Below are positions 12,491 through 23,761 of a DNA stretch of 64,000 nt, in pieces. The notes under the pieces were generated by a model. That model was given only the letters and a program-made list of their open reading frames with translations. It was not told the DNA's origin and did no database searches. The position numbers and the translations under genes were made by a program. The DNA comes from Felis catus (taxonomy: Eukaryota), in NCBI RefSeq assembly GCF_018350175.1, contig NC_058382.1:51586001-51650000 (forward strand), in the 5' to 3' direction. Within the stretch, counting starts at the first letter, position 1, and each line of letters begins with the position of its first letter.

Positions 12491-13439
12491 TGAACTACTA
12501 CAAGGGTAAGAATAGGAGTCACAGATTTCCCATGGGGCAGTGGTTCTAGGTTTTTGCTGGAAGGATACCCAACCCGGGATAAGACTTCAAGGACTAAAAG
12601 GCAGCCGCACACACAGATTTCTGGACTCTGGGGGCTCGGGCAACCCTACAGGAGACGAAAGGGTCATCTAGGCGGACCAGAGGCACCATCTTGGGATGCG
12701 GTGGCAATGGTGAGTCTCCAAATTATCAAAGGCAGTGGAGTTGCCTTTGAGGAGGAGACGCTAAGAAGAAAGCTCCCTCCTTTGGAGCAGGTGAGAGTCA
12801 CGAGCCAGTCAGCCGTGGCCACTGAGAAGGCACTGGACTCCAAGATGCGGTCAGAGAGGGCCTCCTACCAGCTGAGGACATCACCCAAGATGCAGGAAGG
12901 GGTGTTATCCTCTTGCAACTCCTCCCTGGCTTCCCGTGACCATAGGGGGAAAATAAAACTCCTTTCAATGGGCAACAGGGCCGCCCCTTCCTGACCCCTC
13001 AGCACCACCTCCCCGCTGGCCCCTCCAAGCATCTCCCTCCAGCCACACTTGGCCTCCTCTCTGCTCACCAGACAGGCTGTTTCCAGGAGACTCGCCCACC
13101 TTCTCTGCAACCAGTTGGCACCTAGTTCTCAGCGCATCCCGGCTCCAGCATCACTTCTTCAGGGGAGCCTTTCCGGGGTGCTCAATGAGGGCATCCTCAC
13201 TGTTTGGGCCCCATCCCCCACAGCCCTGCAGGTCTAGAAGCTTTCCCGTGTCACCGGTCCCCGAGAGCCTCAAACGCCTTATTAACGTCCTTTACCTGTG
13301 TTAGTGCCGCCTGCTTCAAAGACTTCAAAATCCCCAAGTGTGCTAGCACCTTGACTGATAGCCCCTTCCCAAGTCAGGAAACAGCCAGGTCAGGGACCCC
13401 AAGTTTCCACACCACACTCGATTCTCTTATCACTCTATG

Positions 13440-14500
13440 AAGGCTACAGGCGCCTCCCGTGACTGCAGCCTCGGCCGATAAATCGGAGGCCATCAGCACT
13501 TGTCTTCAAGACCACAGAGCGGAAACCGTCAGCCAGTCAAGGGAAACGGGCTGGGAAAACGCAGTCCGTCGTCCTCCAGTCCACGGTGCTCCCCAGACTG
13601 TCCGCACCTGGACGGGGCTGTCATCACACAGCGGGAGGAGGCCGCGGCTAGAAGCCCGTTGGGCAGAACGTAGGCCTTGGGCTGATGGAAACGCTGAAAG
13701 GCCAACAGGGGGGTGTAACTGCCTTCCAGGCGGTGAGTATCCCGAGGACATCAGCCCCTCTGCGGCATCCTAGGGCCGGTGCGCGTTTGCCCCAGGGGTG
13801 ACCTTGAGAATGTAGGACGGAGCAGCAAATTTGGAAGACCAGCTCCTGCCGGTGTGTGAAAATTCCCGAGTCTGCTCTTCCTGGACGCTTTGGAACCCCA
13901 AAGGGATTGGCAGCCGCTGCCTCGGGAAGTTCCACTTGGAAAGTTCCTCAAGAAGTCATCTGCAGCGTCCCCAACCCAGGCCAAAATGGCGTTACCTAGG
14001 ATTTTTTTGAACAGCGCAGGTTCACGGTTTTCAACAGGATTCTGGTCTGCCCCCCCCCCCCCCGATGCATGCTGCCCAATCGCCACCATGGCGAAATCTG
14101 AAAGCACCCAAGCAGTGACTGCGAGGTGGAGATCGGAAGCTTAAAATCTTAGAGCCACTGGCCACCTGGAAAGCTGATCTCCAACTTGAGCATCTCAGAC
14201 CCAAACCACCCGCCCCCCCATGCCCTACCCGGAAACGGGGTCTGCCTTGGCCCAAAGCAGGGCAGAGATTCTCATCGACCTCGTACCTATGAACTTCAGC
14301 GGGTATTCGTCATTATGGCAGTTCACCGACCATCCCCGCCACTCCTGTCGGGCGTGATGGCTCTCTTACCGTGGCAGGCACGGTCTGGTGGCAAATCAGA
14401 TGTCGCCAGTCATAGGAGGGCAGCTGAGGGATGCCGCCTCTTGCCCTCCAGAGACAGCCAGAGAGGGAGAAAGTGCGCTAATGTCCGCAAGTTGAACGGC
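13440..14500. promoter_or_regulatory. CpG-enriched candidate enhancer/promoter with NF-kB-like site cluster
   Basis: No repeat recognised, visibly CpG-rich; GGGAATTTTC (minus, 13858-13867), GGGAAGTTCC (13924-13933), GGAAAGTTCC (13938-13947), YY1-like CAAAATGGCG (13982-13991). Confidence 0.5.
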
Positions 14501-15182
14501 ATGTCCCAGGGGTTTGAAGCTTTAGGAAACTGACAGCTGGTCAGAAGCGAAATGGGCTAGAATTCATTAATTTCAAGTGAGTGCTGGTGCCTCCCTAAAT
14601 TATCACACTAGCGTCTAGAGTCTGGTTGTAAAACACCACAACAGAATCACAGGCCTCCGTGGCATAAAAACCACAGGGCAAAGAGCCCACTAGGTACAGC
14701 ATATAATGCTGATATCCCACCGGGAACCCTTCGAGCTCCGTGTGTGCACCCTGGCGTCTGTGTACTCACAACAGCCAGCCACCGGAGATCTTGAGGCTGA
14801 CCATGGCTTCCAACCGAGCTGGCTTTGCTCAGAGGCGCAGAAAGCCACGGGTTGCCTGGGTTTTATGTCCACCCCCCCATCCTCCTCCTGGGGTGGGGGG
14901 GGGGCGCCTAACAAATAGCTGACAGGTGCAACCATTCTAAGGCATGGCTTGCCTTCCAGTTTCCCTGATGAGATCGGGCCGAAGCTCCCCTCTGTGGGAC
15001 TCTGCTGGACCTTGGGGTCTTCTTTGGCACCTTCCTCTGTCCTGTCCTGCCTGGGTATGACCTCCCTGAGAGCCTGGCCTTGACCTGGAGTCCTCATCCC
15101 AGGGTCTGCTCAGGGTCATGTTAGCTTCACCTGCTCTGATATTCTACTCCTCCAGCAGCCTTCTTAGACTTTGAAGGCAAGA

Positions 15183-15605
15183 CTTATTCTGGAGATTACC
15201 CCGATCAGATACATGCTTTGCAAATATTGTTTCCTATTCTGTAGGCTGCCTTTTCACTCTGTTGACTATTTCATAATGTTTAGTTATTTATTTTGAGAAA
15301 AAGAGAGTGGGGGAAGGACAGAGAGAATCCCCAGGAAGCTCTCCCCTTTAGCACAGAACCTGACGTGGGGTTCAATCTTACCAACCATGAGATAGTGACC
15401 TGAGCCAAAATCAGGAGTCGGGCATTCAACTGACTGAGCCACCCAGGTAGGTGCCCCTCTGTTGACTATTCCTTTGCCAAAAAAGCAGAGGCTTTTTCGT
15501 TTAACATGGTTCCACTTGTCTATTCTCCTTCTTTATTGCCTGTGCTTTTGGTATCCTGTCGGTCAAATCATCGCCAAGACCAATGCCATGGATCTTTTCC
15601 TTGTG
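15183..15605 (-). mobile_element. L1 ORF2 fragment, interrupted by SINE
   Basis: tttgcaaatatt...ttctgtaggctgccttttcactctgttg...gccaagaccaatg antisense L1. Confidence 0.85.
15271..15456 (-). mobile_element. CAN-SINE
   Basis: TSD ctctgttgactatt (15257-15270, 15457-15470). Confidence 0.93.
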
Positions 15606-15627
15606 CAAGCTTTACCTAGCATCAAGA

Positions 15628-15935
15628 GTGTGATATACACTTAAAATTTGTTAAGAGGATCTATCTCGGGGCACCTGAGTGGCTCAGTCGGTGAAGCATC
15701 CGACTTCGGCTCAGGCCGTGATCTCATGGTTTGTGAGTTCGAGCCCCGTGTCGGGCTCTGGGCTGACGGCTCAGAGCCTGGATGGAGCCTGCTTCGGATT
15801 CTGCGTCTCCCTCTCTCTCTGCCCCTCCCCCACTTGCTCTCTGTCTCTGTCTATCAAAAATAAATAAAAGTAAAAAAAAAAATTTTTAAAAAGAGGATCT
15901 ATCTCATGTTAAGTGTTCTTACCGCAATAAAATTT
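15628..15935 (+). mobile_element. L1M (MA/MB-type) extreme 3' end, interrupted by SINE
   Basis: acttaaaatttgttaagagg...atctcatgttaagtgttcttacc...aataaaa. Confidence 0.75.
15668..15890 (+). mobile_element. CAN-SINE
   Basis: Perfect TSD aagaggatctatctc (15653-15667, 15891-15905). Confidence 0.96.
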
Positions 15936-16429
15936 TTAAGAAGAAGGAAAAAGGGAAGATATATTTGCATAAGGAACAGTTCAAAGAATTACCATCGGCA
16001 TATAAATACCCAAATAGACAGTTTACAGTCCAGCGGGGATGATACCCAGATCTACGTTCACACACATCACATTGTCTTTAGACTACGTTACATGCACACG
16101 CACACATGCAAAAGTAGTGCAAAGATAAAGGTAACCAGGAAGAATGAACCACCTAAACGCTGAACTTGAAGTCCACCTATTGCTGAGGCATAAAAGGATA
16201 TTTTAGGATTCCTTCTCTCAAAGTAAGCCTGTGGGAAAGCAGTCTGGCTCCCTTGGCATCACCCTTAAAGGGTCGGGGCGTGCCTCCAGAAAGTCAGTCT
16301 TGCTTCATCAACACCTCCCCCGGGATGTGACATCCATGAAAATATCCAAAGGCTTCTGTGGCCTTCTCGGGAGTAACGTGTTCCACGAGTTTCCGGCAGT
16401 GACACAGGGCGAGGAGCAGAAAGACCGTA

Positions 16430-16635
16430 GCAACAGATACATATGGGTTTGGATGCTGCCTCTACTACTCCTACTTCTGTGGCATTGGAGTTCCAAATAC
16501 CCAAATGTTTGTCCAGCCTTCCCTTCTGTCAAGTGGGGCAGCCACCACTGTCCTCACAGGCTCGTGGTGAGGAGTCTGTGTGTTAAGCGCCCAGCTAGGT
16601 ACCTGGCACCTAGTAGGACTCAGTAAAGTTTGTTT
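16430..16635 (+). mobile_element. MIR
   Basis: cctcacaggctcgtggtgagga...cctggcacctagtaggactcagtaaa. Confidence 0.75.
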
Positions 16636-16903
16636 TCCGTCTGTCCTACATCATGGAGGAAATCCTTGCTTTCTTGCAAGGACTCAGAGCCAAGAGACAT
16701 CAAGACCGACCTGACCCGAGACGCTGAGGAATGGTCTAATTCAAGGGACTTTTGAAGACAGAGATCTGGTAAGCTCCTTGAAGGCAGAGGCTAAATCTTT
16801 TAAGTGTTCCGGAGAGTGCCAAGCCTGGGGGAGCTGCCCAATAAACATTTAAATAATAATAGCTGCTTACGAACTGGATTGTGGTCTCAGTTCCCTTGGA
16901 GAG

Positions 16904-16922
16904 GTCGCCACCTGGTGGACAA
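16904..16922 (-). promoter_or_regulatory. CTCF motif
   Basis: Minus strand TTGTCCACCAGGTGGCGAC, close to the CTCF core CCACCAG(G/A)(G/T)GGCG. Confidence 0.65.
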
Positions 16923-17544
16923 CACTCAACACAGCACACCTCTGGGAACGCGTGCGCTCCTAGGGCCATTTAAACCCTGACAACCTGCTGCCATTTACAG
17001 CTCCCGCGAGCCTGTGCGAGTAACAAGGAGTTTCTGGAGAAGCAGAAAAGGCAATCTAGAAGGAAAATAGCAACTTCTTGGGGTTCTAAAAAGATCAATG
17101 CATTTTCTTGCCTCTGGTCCTTGGCTTAGAGACTCCATCTTGTCCCATTTCCTGGCCTTAAGGTTTACAAATTACAAATTACAAATTAGCATCTGAAATC
17201 CTCAAACTTCAAAGCATGTTAACCATCAACAAAAGTAACCTTAAACTAAGCCAAGTGACAGGGAAAACGTCAAAGCCTCTCCGTCTATATGTAGGGGGCA
17301 TGGGTAGCAGGAAACCAAGATAGAAATATCTGGTCTCCACTGCTCTGAAATGTTAACACTACTTGATTTTTGTATCTAAGATACACAATCACCTCATGGA
17401 AACATATTGGCAACAGACAGCTGATTTCTGAATGGTGGATACACTGATAAAACAGAGCAGAAAGGAAATTCTAAATGGGGAGGGGGGTGGAAGGAGAAAT
17501 CCTGGGCTCCCATTCAGTAAGTCTGATCAAATGGAAAGAACACG

Positions 17545-17740
17545 GGGGCACCTGCGTGGCTCAGTCGGTCGAATGTCCGACTTGGGTTCAGGTCATGATC
17601 TCATGGTTTGTGCGTTTTAGCTCCACATCGGGCTCTCTGCTGTCAGCACAGAGCCCGCTTGGGATTCTCTGTCCACCCCCTCTCTCTGCCCCTTCCCAGT
17701 TGATTCTCTCTCTCTCTCTCAAAAATAAAACATTTTTTAA
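17545..17740 (+). mobile_element. CAN-SINE inserted at the start of a MIR
   Basis: TSD aaa(t/c)ggaaagaac; MIR-like sequence continues to ~17845. Confidence 0.93.
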
Positions 17741-19198
17741 AAACGGAAAGAACGTGGCTTTAAAGGCTACCAGATGACTGGCTACGAATCCCAATTGGGC
17801 CATCTTGGACAAAGTATTCAGCCTCTCTAAAACCGTAAAATGAGTTGATCAACTTTCCCCTGTGTAACCGCCACATGGCCACTTCTAGTTATGGTCCCCA
17901 AGTCCACACCACCATGACGATCCGGGATAGATTCTTGAGCAGTCTCGAAGTTCAGAGGTAAGCCACCCCACGCATTTGCGCAAGTGTTTGGGTTTTATTT
18001 ACGATCACGTGCCATGTTGCCCTGCATTACTCAGACAATCACCTCATTTCACCAGGCGAGTGTTTTCACAACGAGTGCATGGAAGTCTGGGGTCAAAGAA
18101 ACACTTATTAAATAATGCCCACACATTTCCTGAGCAGACTTTTCAAGCAAAGCCAGTAACGTAAGGAAAGCGCTGCCTACTTCCATCAATTCATTTCTGC
18201 CTCTGCTTCCTGAAACTTCCCAGTTAGCGCCTGGGATCAGCTCCACTTGGGGAAACCCGTGAACCCTTTCGGCTTATCGGCCCCGGGAAGAAAGAGGTAC
18301 TTGAGTGGAGTTCACGCGACATGCGCTGGCCTCTCCCTTCGCCCTCCCAGCAGTTATTTCCTGCATCGAAGGGAGACGTGGAAAGGACATTTCCATGGGT
18401 GGCAAAAGCCCCCATCTTGGTGTCAGCCCAAAGGAAGGGACATCAAGATAGGAAGATGGAGGTAAGGGACATCAAGATAGTTCTCACACAGCGGCGCTGT
18501 ACCCCCACCCCCAGAACCCAACCCAAGACCCCTTCACTTACGGCTGATCCTGTGTCTTTCCTTGTTTCTAGAGGTGCTGAAAGAGTCCAGCAGACTCGTT
18601 TCCTGCCCGCCGTGTTGGAAAGTTGGCACCGATTTCACAGCTGAGGTCCTCTTGTTGAAATCCGATTAGGTTCTTCTCTGTGTTATCCTTGAACGGAATC
18701 CTGGACATTAATACCGAATAAGGAAGGGGCTGGCAGGGGGGTCAGGCACAGCAGTCTACTGGGGAAGGTCAGCGGTGAAAGTCCTCCGTGCACACCCAAG
18801 CACCTGACAGGAGCCCGAGAGCTAGCAGCTAGGGGTCTGCATAACCCTTGAAGAAAGGACTTCCTAAGCCTCAGTTTCTTAATCTACAAAATGGGCATGA
18901 TATTCCTCCCAGCAGAACCCTGTGATGAAAAGTGAAATGATGGTCTCCTTTGGAAGTCTGTACAAATGTCCATTTGAAATCACCAATGAGAAGTGCTTTT
19001 ACCAAAGTGCCTGGCACTTAGCGGGTACTCCAAAGAAAATTGTACTTCTGTCCTTACGGTTACCCAGGGAGGCCAGTATTATTGAACCTATTTTATGGAG
19101 GCAGCTCAGGATAATTTTGACTACATCACACATCCAGCAAGGGTTGGGGCTGAGGCTGGATCAGGCAAAAACTCAGTTGTATGCCCTCTCCAATGGGA

Positions 19199-19355
19199 CA
19201 GGGATCCTAAAGCTTTGGGGGGCAGGGTCAGTAGAATCTCTACAGAGTCTGGTTAAAGGTGAACCTTCTGGGGCCTCATCCCAGATTCTGACCCAGGAGT
19301 TCCATACGGGGGCCCAGATTCTAATGAAAGTGGTCTTTAGCGACTACCCCAGAAT
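19199..19355 (+). mobile_element. MER5-like hAT fragment
   Basis: agaatc...ttctggggcctcatcccagattctga...gggggcccag. Confidence 0.5.
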
Positions 19356-19724
19356 TCTCAGTATAAAGCATTATGCACATATCAAGTATTGTTATTACTA
19401 CAAGTAATAATATCCCTATTAGTATTAGTTTTTACTTTTATAACTACACTGAAAGGTAACAGCTTGAGCAGAGACTAAGTGAAAAAACAATCACATCCAT
19501 ACAAGCACACACACATACATATAAATGTAAAAAAAAAAAAAACAAAAACAACCCAGATCTGATTCCACTCACTCCAAATATTAATAGAGAGTAACCTTAC
19601 TAGACCTCCCCAGACCAAGTATATTTTGTTTTAATAAATTTGGTAAGCTGAAACATGTTTCGTGAGCCTATAATTTTGACCATAAAAATGGCTAAATCTC
19701 TCAAAGTCTCTGGATTTGGGAGGC

Positions 19725-20724
19725 TTTTTTTTAAGGGTTTTTTTTTTAGGTTGATTTATTTATTTTGAGAGGGAGAATGCTCATGTGCATGCATAAGCAG
19801 GGGAGGGGCAGTGAGAGGGGGAGAGAGAGACTCCCAAGCACGCTGTACACTGTCAGCGCGGAGCCTGACACGGGGCTCGAACCCATGAACTGAACCGTGA
19901 CGTCATGACCTGAGCTGAAATCAAGAGTCGGACGCTTCAGCAGGACTCATCATCGGGGAAACACCAATCAAAACCACACTGAGATACCACCTCACACCTG
20001 TCAGAATGGCTACAATTAACAACTCAGGCAACAGATATTGGTGAGGATGCGGCCACTGCTGGTGGGAAGGCCAACTGGTGCAGCCACTCTGGAAAACAGG
20101 ATGAAGTTTCCTCAAAACGTTAAAAAGAGAGCTACCCTACGACCCAGCAATTGCAAAACTAGGTATTTATCCAAGGGATACAGGTGTGCTGTTTTGAAGG
20201 GACATATGCACCCCCATGTTTATGGCAGCACTATCCACAACAGCCAAAGTATGGAAAGAGCCCAAATGTCCATCCATGGATGAATGGATAAAGAAGATGT
20301 GGTATATACACAAAGGAGTATTACTCGGCAACCAAAAAGAATGAAATCTTGCCATTTGCAACGACGTGGATGGAACTGGAGGGGATTATGCTAAGTGAAA
20401 TTAGTCTGACAAATATCATAGGACTTCACTCATATGAGGACTTTAAGACACAGAACAGGTGAACATAAGGGAAGGGAAGCAAAAATAATATGACAACAGG
20501 GAGGGAGACAAAACGTAAGGGACTCTTAAATGTGGAGAACAAACAGAGGGTTACCGGAGGGGGTGTGGGAGGGGGGATGGGCTAAATGGGTAAGGGGCAT
20601 TAGGGAATGCACTCCGGAAATCATTGTTGCACTCTAGGCTAACTAATTTGGATGTAAATTTAAAAAAATAAAATTAAAAAAAAAAGAGTTGGATGCTTAA
20701 CCAATAGAGCCATCCGGGTGCCCC
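19725..20724 (-). mobile_element. CAN-SINE split by an L1 (pieces 19725-19937 and 20699-20724)
   Basis: SINE resumes after L1 as aaccaatagagccatccgggtgcccc; outer TSD tttgggagg. Confidence 0.93.
19938..20683 (+). mobile_element. Carnivore L1 3' end with disabled ORF2 C-terminus
   Basis: Encodes [25 protein letters not shown] remnants with stops/deletion; polyA; TSD aagagt(c/t)gga(c/t)gctt. Confidence 0.95.
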
Positions 20725-20751
20725 TTTTGGGAGGTCAGGGAAATGAAACTC

Positions 20752-21350
20752 ATTCATTCACCCAACAAACTTGTCATTGAGCTATTTTGTGTTAAGCACT
20801 GGGATAAATGTGAAGGGTTCAGAAATCAACGAGACTGAAGTCTCATGAAGCCCCCAAACTTGTCTGTCCTGTTGAGGAAACAAACTATATCAAATTATTC
20901 CAGTATACGTAAGTGCTACAAAAGAAAACCTCAGGGTGCGATGCCTACTGGGGATCAGCAAGTTTGGGGTAGAATGTTCTTCCTGAAGAATAGTCATTTA
21001 AGCTGAGCACTAAAGGTAGAAGGGGCTCACATGTGTAAAAAGCCAGAGTGGATGGCAAGTGCAAAGGCCCTGAGGCAGGAAGGAGCTTGGTGGATCCTGG
21101 GAGAGAAAGAAGCCCTAGGAGCCGGCTGTGGAAACCCAGAGCAGAGCACGAGGCAAGGTTGGAGAGAGAGCAGAGATCACACAAGGCCTCAGGGGCCCGG
21201 GTCGGGAGTTTGAATTTTATTCCAAGTACAGTGGGTTAGCCATGGGAAGCCTTCAAATCAGAGAGAAACGTGATCATACCCGCTTCCTAAAATAATCGCT
21301 CTGGCCACTGTGTGGAGAATGGAATGGTGGGGACAAAAGCACAAGCAGGG
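20752..21350 (-). mobile_element. L2
   Basis: attcattcacccaacaaac start; gcaagtgcaaaggccctgaggcagga; ggagtttgaattttattcc. Confidence 0.85.
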
Positions 21351-21637
21351 CACTGGTGGGGTGTACCCCAAGGAGGGAGGCCCGGGGACGGGGGGGGCCA
21401 GTAATGGTTCCATAGGGGGCAACCACCCTCATAAAGGACCTAGAAATGAAGCGCCTGTTGGCTGCTGCCCTCTAGCCTGAAGCTCTGTTGCTCTCCGTCC
21501 TCTGTCCCCTCCAGCGACCTGGACCCTACAGGGGACACTTCCCCTCAGAAAAAGCCAGGAGGTCCCTTCCCGGGGTCACTCCCATTACAGCCTCCTCCGC
21601 CCCTCACACCAGGCTAGGGACATGTGGCTCATGAGTT

Positions 21638-21844
21638 TGTTAGTTCTCAAGGGGACAACTATGCCCCCAGGGACCCCCTGGCAATGTCTGCTCACATTGT
21701 TTGTCGTCCTGAGTCAGGGGTGGATGGTACGGCCACCTACTGAGTCAGGCCAGGGCTGCTAAATATCCTTCAATATACAGGGCAGCCCCCACAACAAGCA
21801 ATTACCTGGCCCCAATGTCAACAGTGTCAAGGTTCAGAAGCCTG
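21638..21844 (+). mobile_element. MER20
   Basis: gttctcaa...gcccccaggg...ggcaatgtctg...cagcccccacaacaa...aatgtcaacagtg. Confidence 0.85.
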
Positions 21845-22754
21845 GACTTGTATTTCTTCTCTAAAGCCAGTGTCTCCCCAGGCAGTTCCCCGAGGGGCAG
21901 GAGAAGGAAGAATTCAAACGCTAGTACTCAAGGCACAGAAAAGGAAACTGGAATGCATTCATTGATCTCCTAGTGCATACAGGCCACTGCCTTTTACACG
22001 TTACCTCACTTCCTATTTGTGTTGCATTTTGGTTAGTTTTGGGTTTGGGTTTTTGGTTTTTTTTTTTTTTACAACAAACCTGTACAAGACAGGTAATTGT
22101 GTTACTCCCATGCCACAGAAGGGGAAAGTGAGATCCCGGTCACTGATAACCTTTCAAAATCACAGCGCCGGGATTCAAGGCCGAGGCTCGCTGATACCTA
22201 GTGCGGCGGCCTTCTCCGAATTCCATAAAACCTCTTAGGTCAGCCGGAGGGGAAACAGAGCGGCCAAGTCTGATTGTAGGAGTCTGGTGTCCTGCCTGGG
22301 AAATGTAAATAATTTAGAGTACAGAGGCGGGAGGGATAATCATCCTGTCTGGCTTCGTGGGCCACCCAGACGGAACGCTGGACCCCTCGCCACCATCCAC
22401 GCCCTCAGGGCACCCCCCCCCCCCCCACCCAGCGTCTCAACCAGAAGTCCAGCCATTCCAGCAGGATCAAGGTGAAAGGTAAAAATAGCATTTGGCAACC
22501 AGAGTCCTCAAGCCAGGAACCACTACACCAGGCTGAGTAAACGATATGGAGGCAGAACTCCACCAACGTGTATTAATTTGATGCCTACTGTATGCAAACC
22601 TCCACGGCAAAAACAGCGATGACTGGAAAGTCGAGTAAGAAATAGTTTTCAGACATCTTCCACTCTCATTATAAAATGCTTTATCAAGCCTATGTTTTAT
22701 GCCAAGCCAAATGCGAGGCTCTGGGGTACCAGGACAGGCCCTGACCTCAAAGGG

Positions 22755-22995
22755 CGGGAAACAAACTACAAGAAACTCTTAAAGATAGAGAACGAACTGC
22801 AATTGACCAAGGGAGGTGGGTGGGGGGATGGGCTAGATGAGTGATGGCTGCTACGGAGGGCATTTGTCTGGACGAGTGCTGGGCGTTGTATGGAAATGAT
22901 GAATCACTGAATTCTCCTGAAACCAATACTATACTGGAGGTTGACTACCTAAGATTTAAATTGAAAAGTTAAAATTTTTTAAACTTAAAAAAACA
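22755..22995 (+). mobile_element. Carnivore L1 3'UTR fragment
   Basis: actcttaaagatagagaac...gatgaatcactgaattctcctgaaaccaat, A-rich end. Confidence 0.85.
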
Positions 22996-23538
22996 ATGAA
23001 AGTGCTAATTAAGATCCACGCTGAACTCTCCTGGAGTTGGGCGGGGAATGGATGGCCAGCATCCCGAGTCCGAGCACTGAATGGATCATTATGAGAAACG
23101 ACCAAGGACCATTCAGAAGGGCACTTCGAGGGCTGGGGACTGCGAGGTACAGACGTGAGCGAACTGCGATCTACAGGAGAGAAATCAAGAGAAGCCTTGC
23201 GACGGACCGGCCCTTAATCTCAGGAAAACTCACGTGTGTAGGTATGAGAAGACTTGCATCCTGGAAGAGGAGAACTAGTCAGAGTGCTAGACAGCGGAAG
23301 AAGTAATTTACCCAGAGGCCAGAGCCATCTAGGAGGACAGAGACGGGAGGTAGGCAGGACCGTTCAGGTACCACGGGGGCACTGTCTTTGGAGCCCTTCG
23401 TACGTGGTCGCACCGAGACTGGTAAGAACTCCAGGTGAGTGTGTTTATTGACCGCACCGAATAGATAAGAAAGCTGAAACGCCCACCTACTACCCCAGCA
23501 GGAAGCCCAGAAGGGACCCCAGGCCCTCTGGCTCAGAG

Positions 23539-23761
23539 CAGGTGACTGCCAGTTGGCACATGGGCCCAATCTGGTGCATCACCTATTTTTTGTATAAATG
23601 AAGTTCCACTGGAACAAAACACTCCCGTCCCCTTGCATAATACTGTCTGCGGCTGCTTCCGTGCTGGGATGGCAGAGCTCAGTGTGACAGCGACCATAAG
23701 GTCCACAAAACCTAAAGCATTTACCATCCGGCCCTTTAGCAGAAAAAGTCTGCGGACTGTG
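23539..23761 (+). mobile_element. MER58A hAT DNA transposon
   Basis: tttttgtataaat...ctggaaca...ggctgcttcc...cctaaagcatttaccatccggccctt...agaaaaagt. Confidence 0.85.

Noticed and set aside
18922..19407. 161-aa ORF
   Set aside because: Built from MIR and MER5-like fragments; no protein homology recognised
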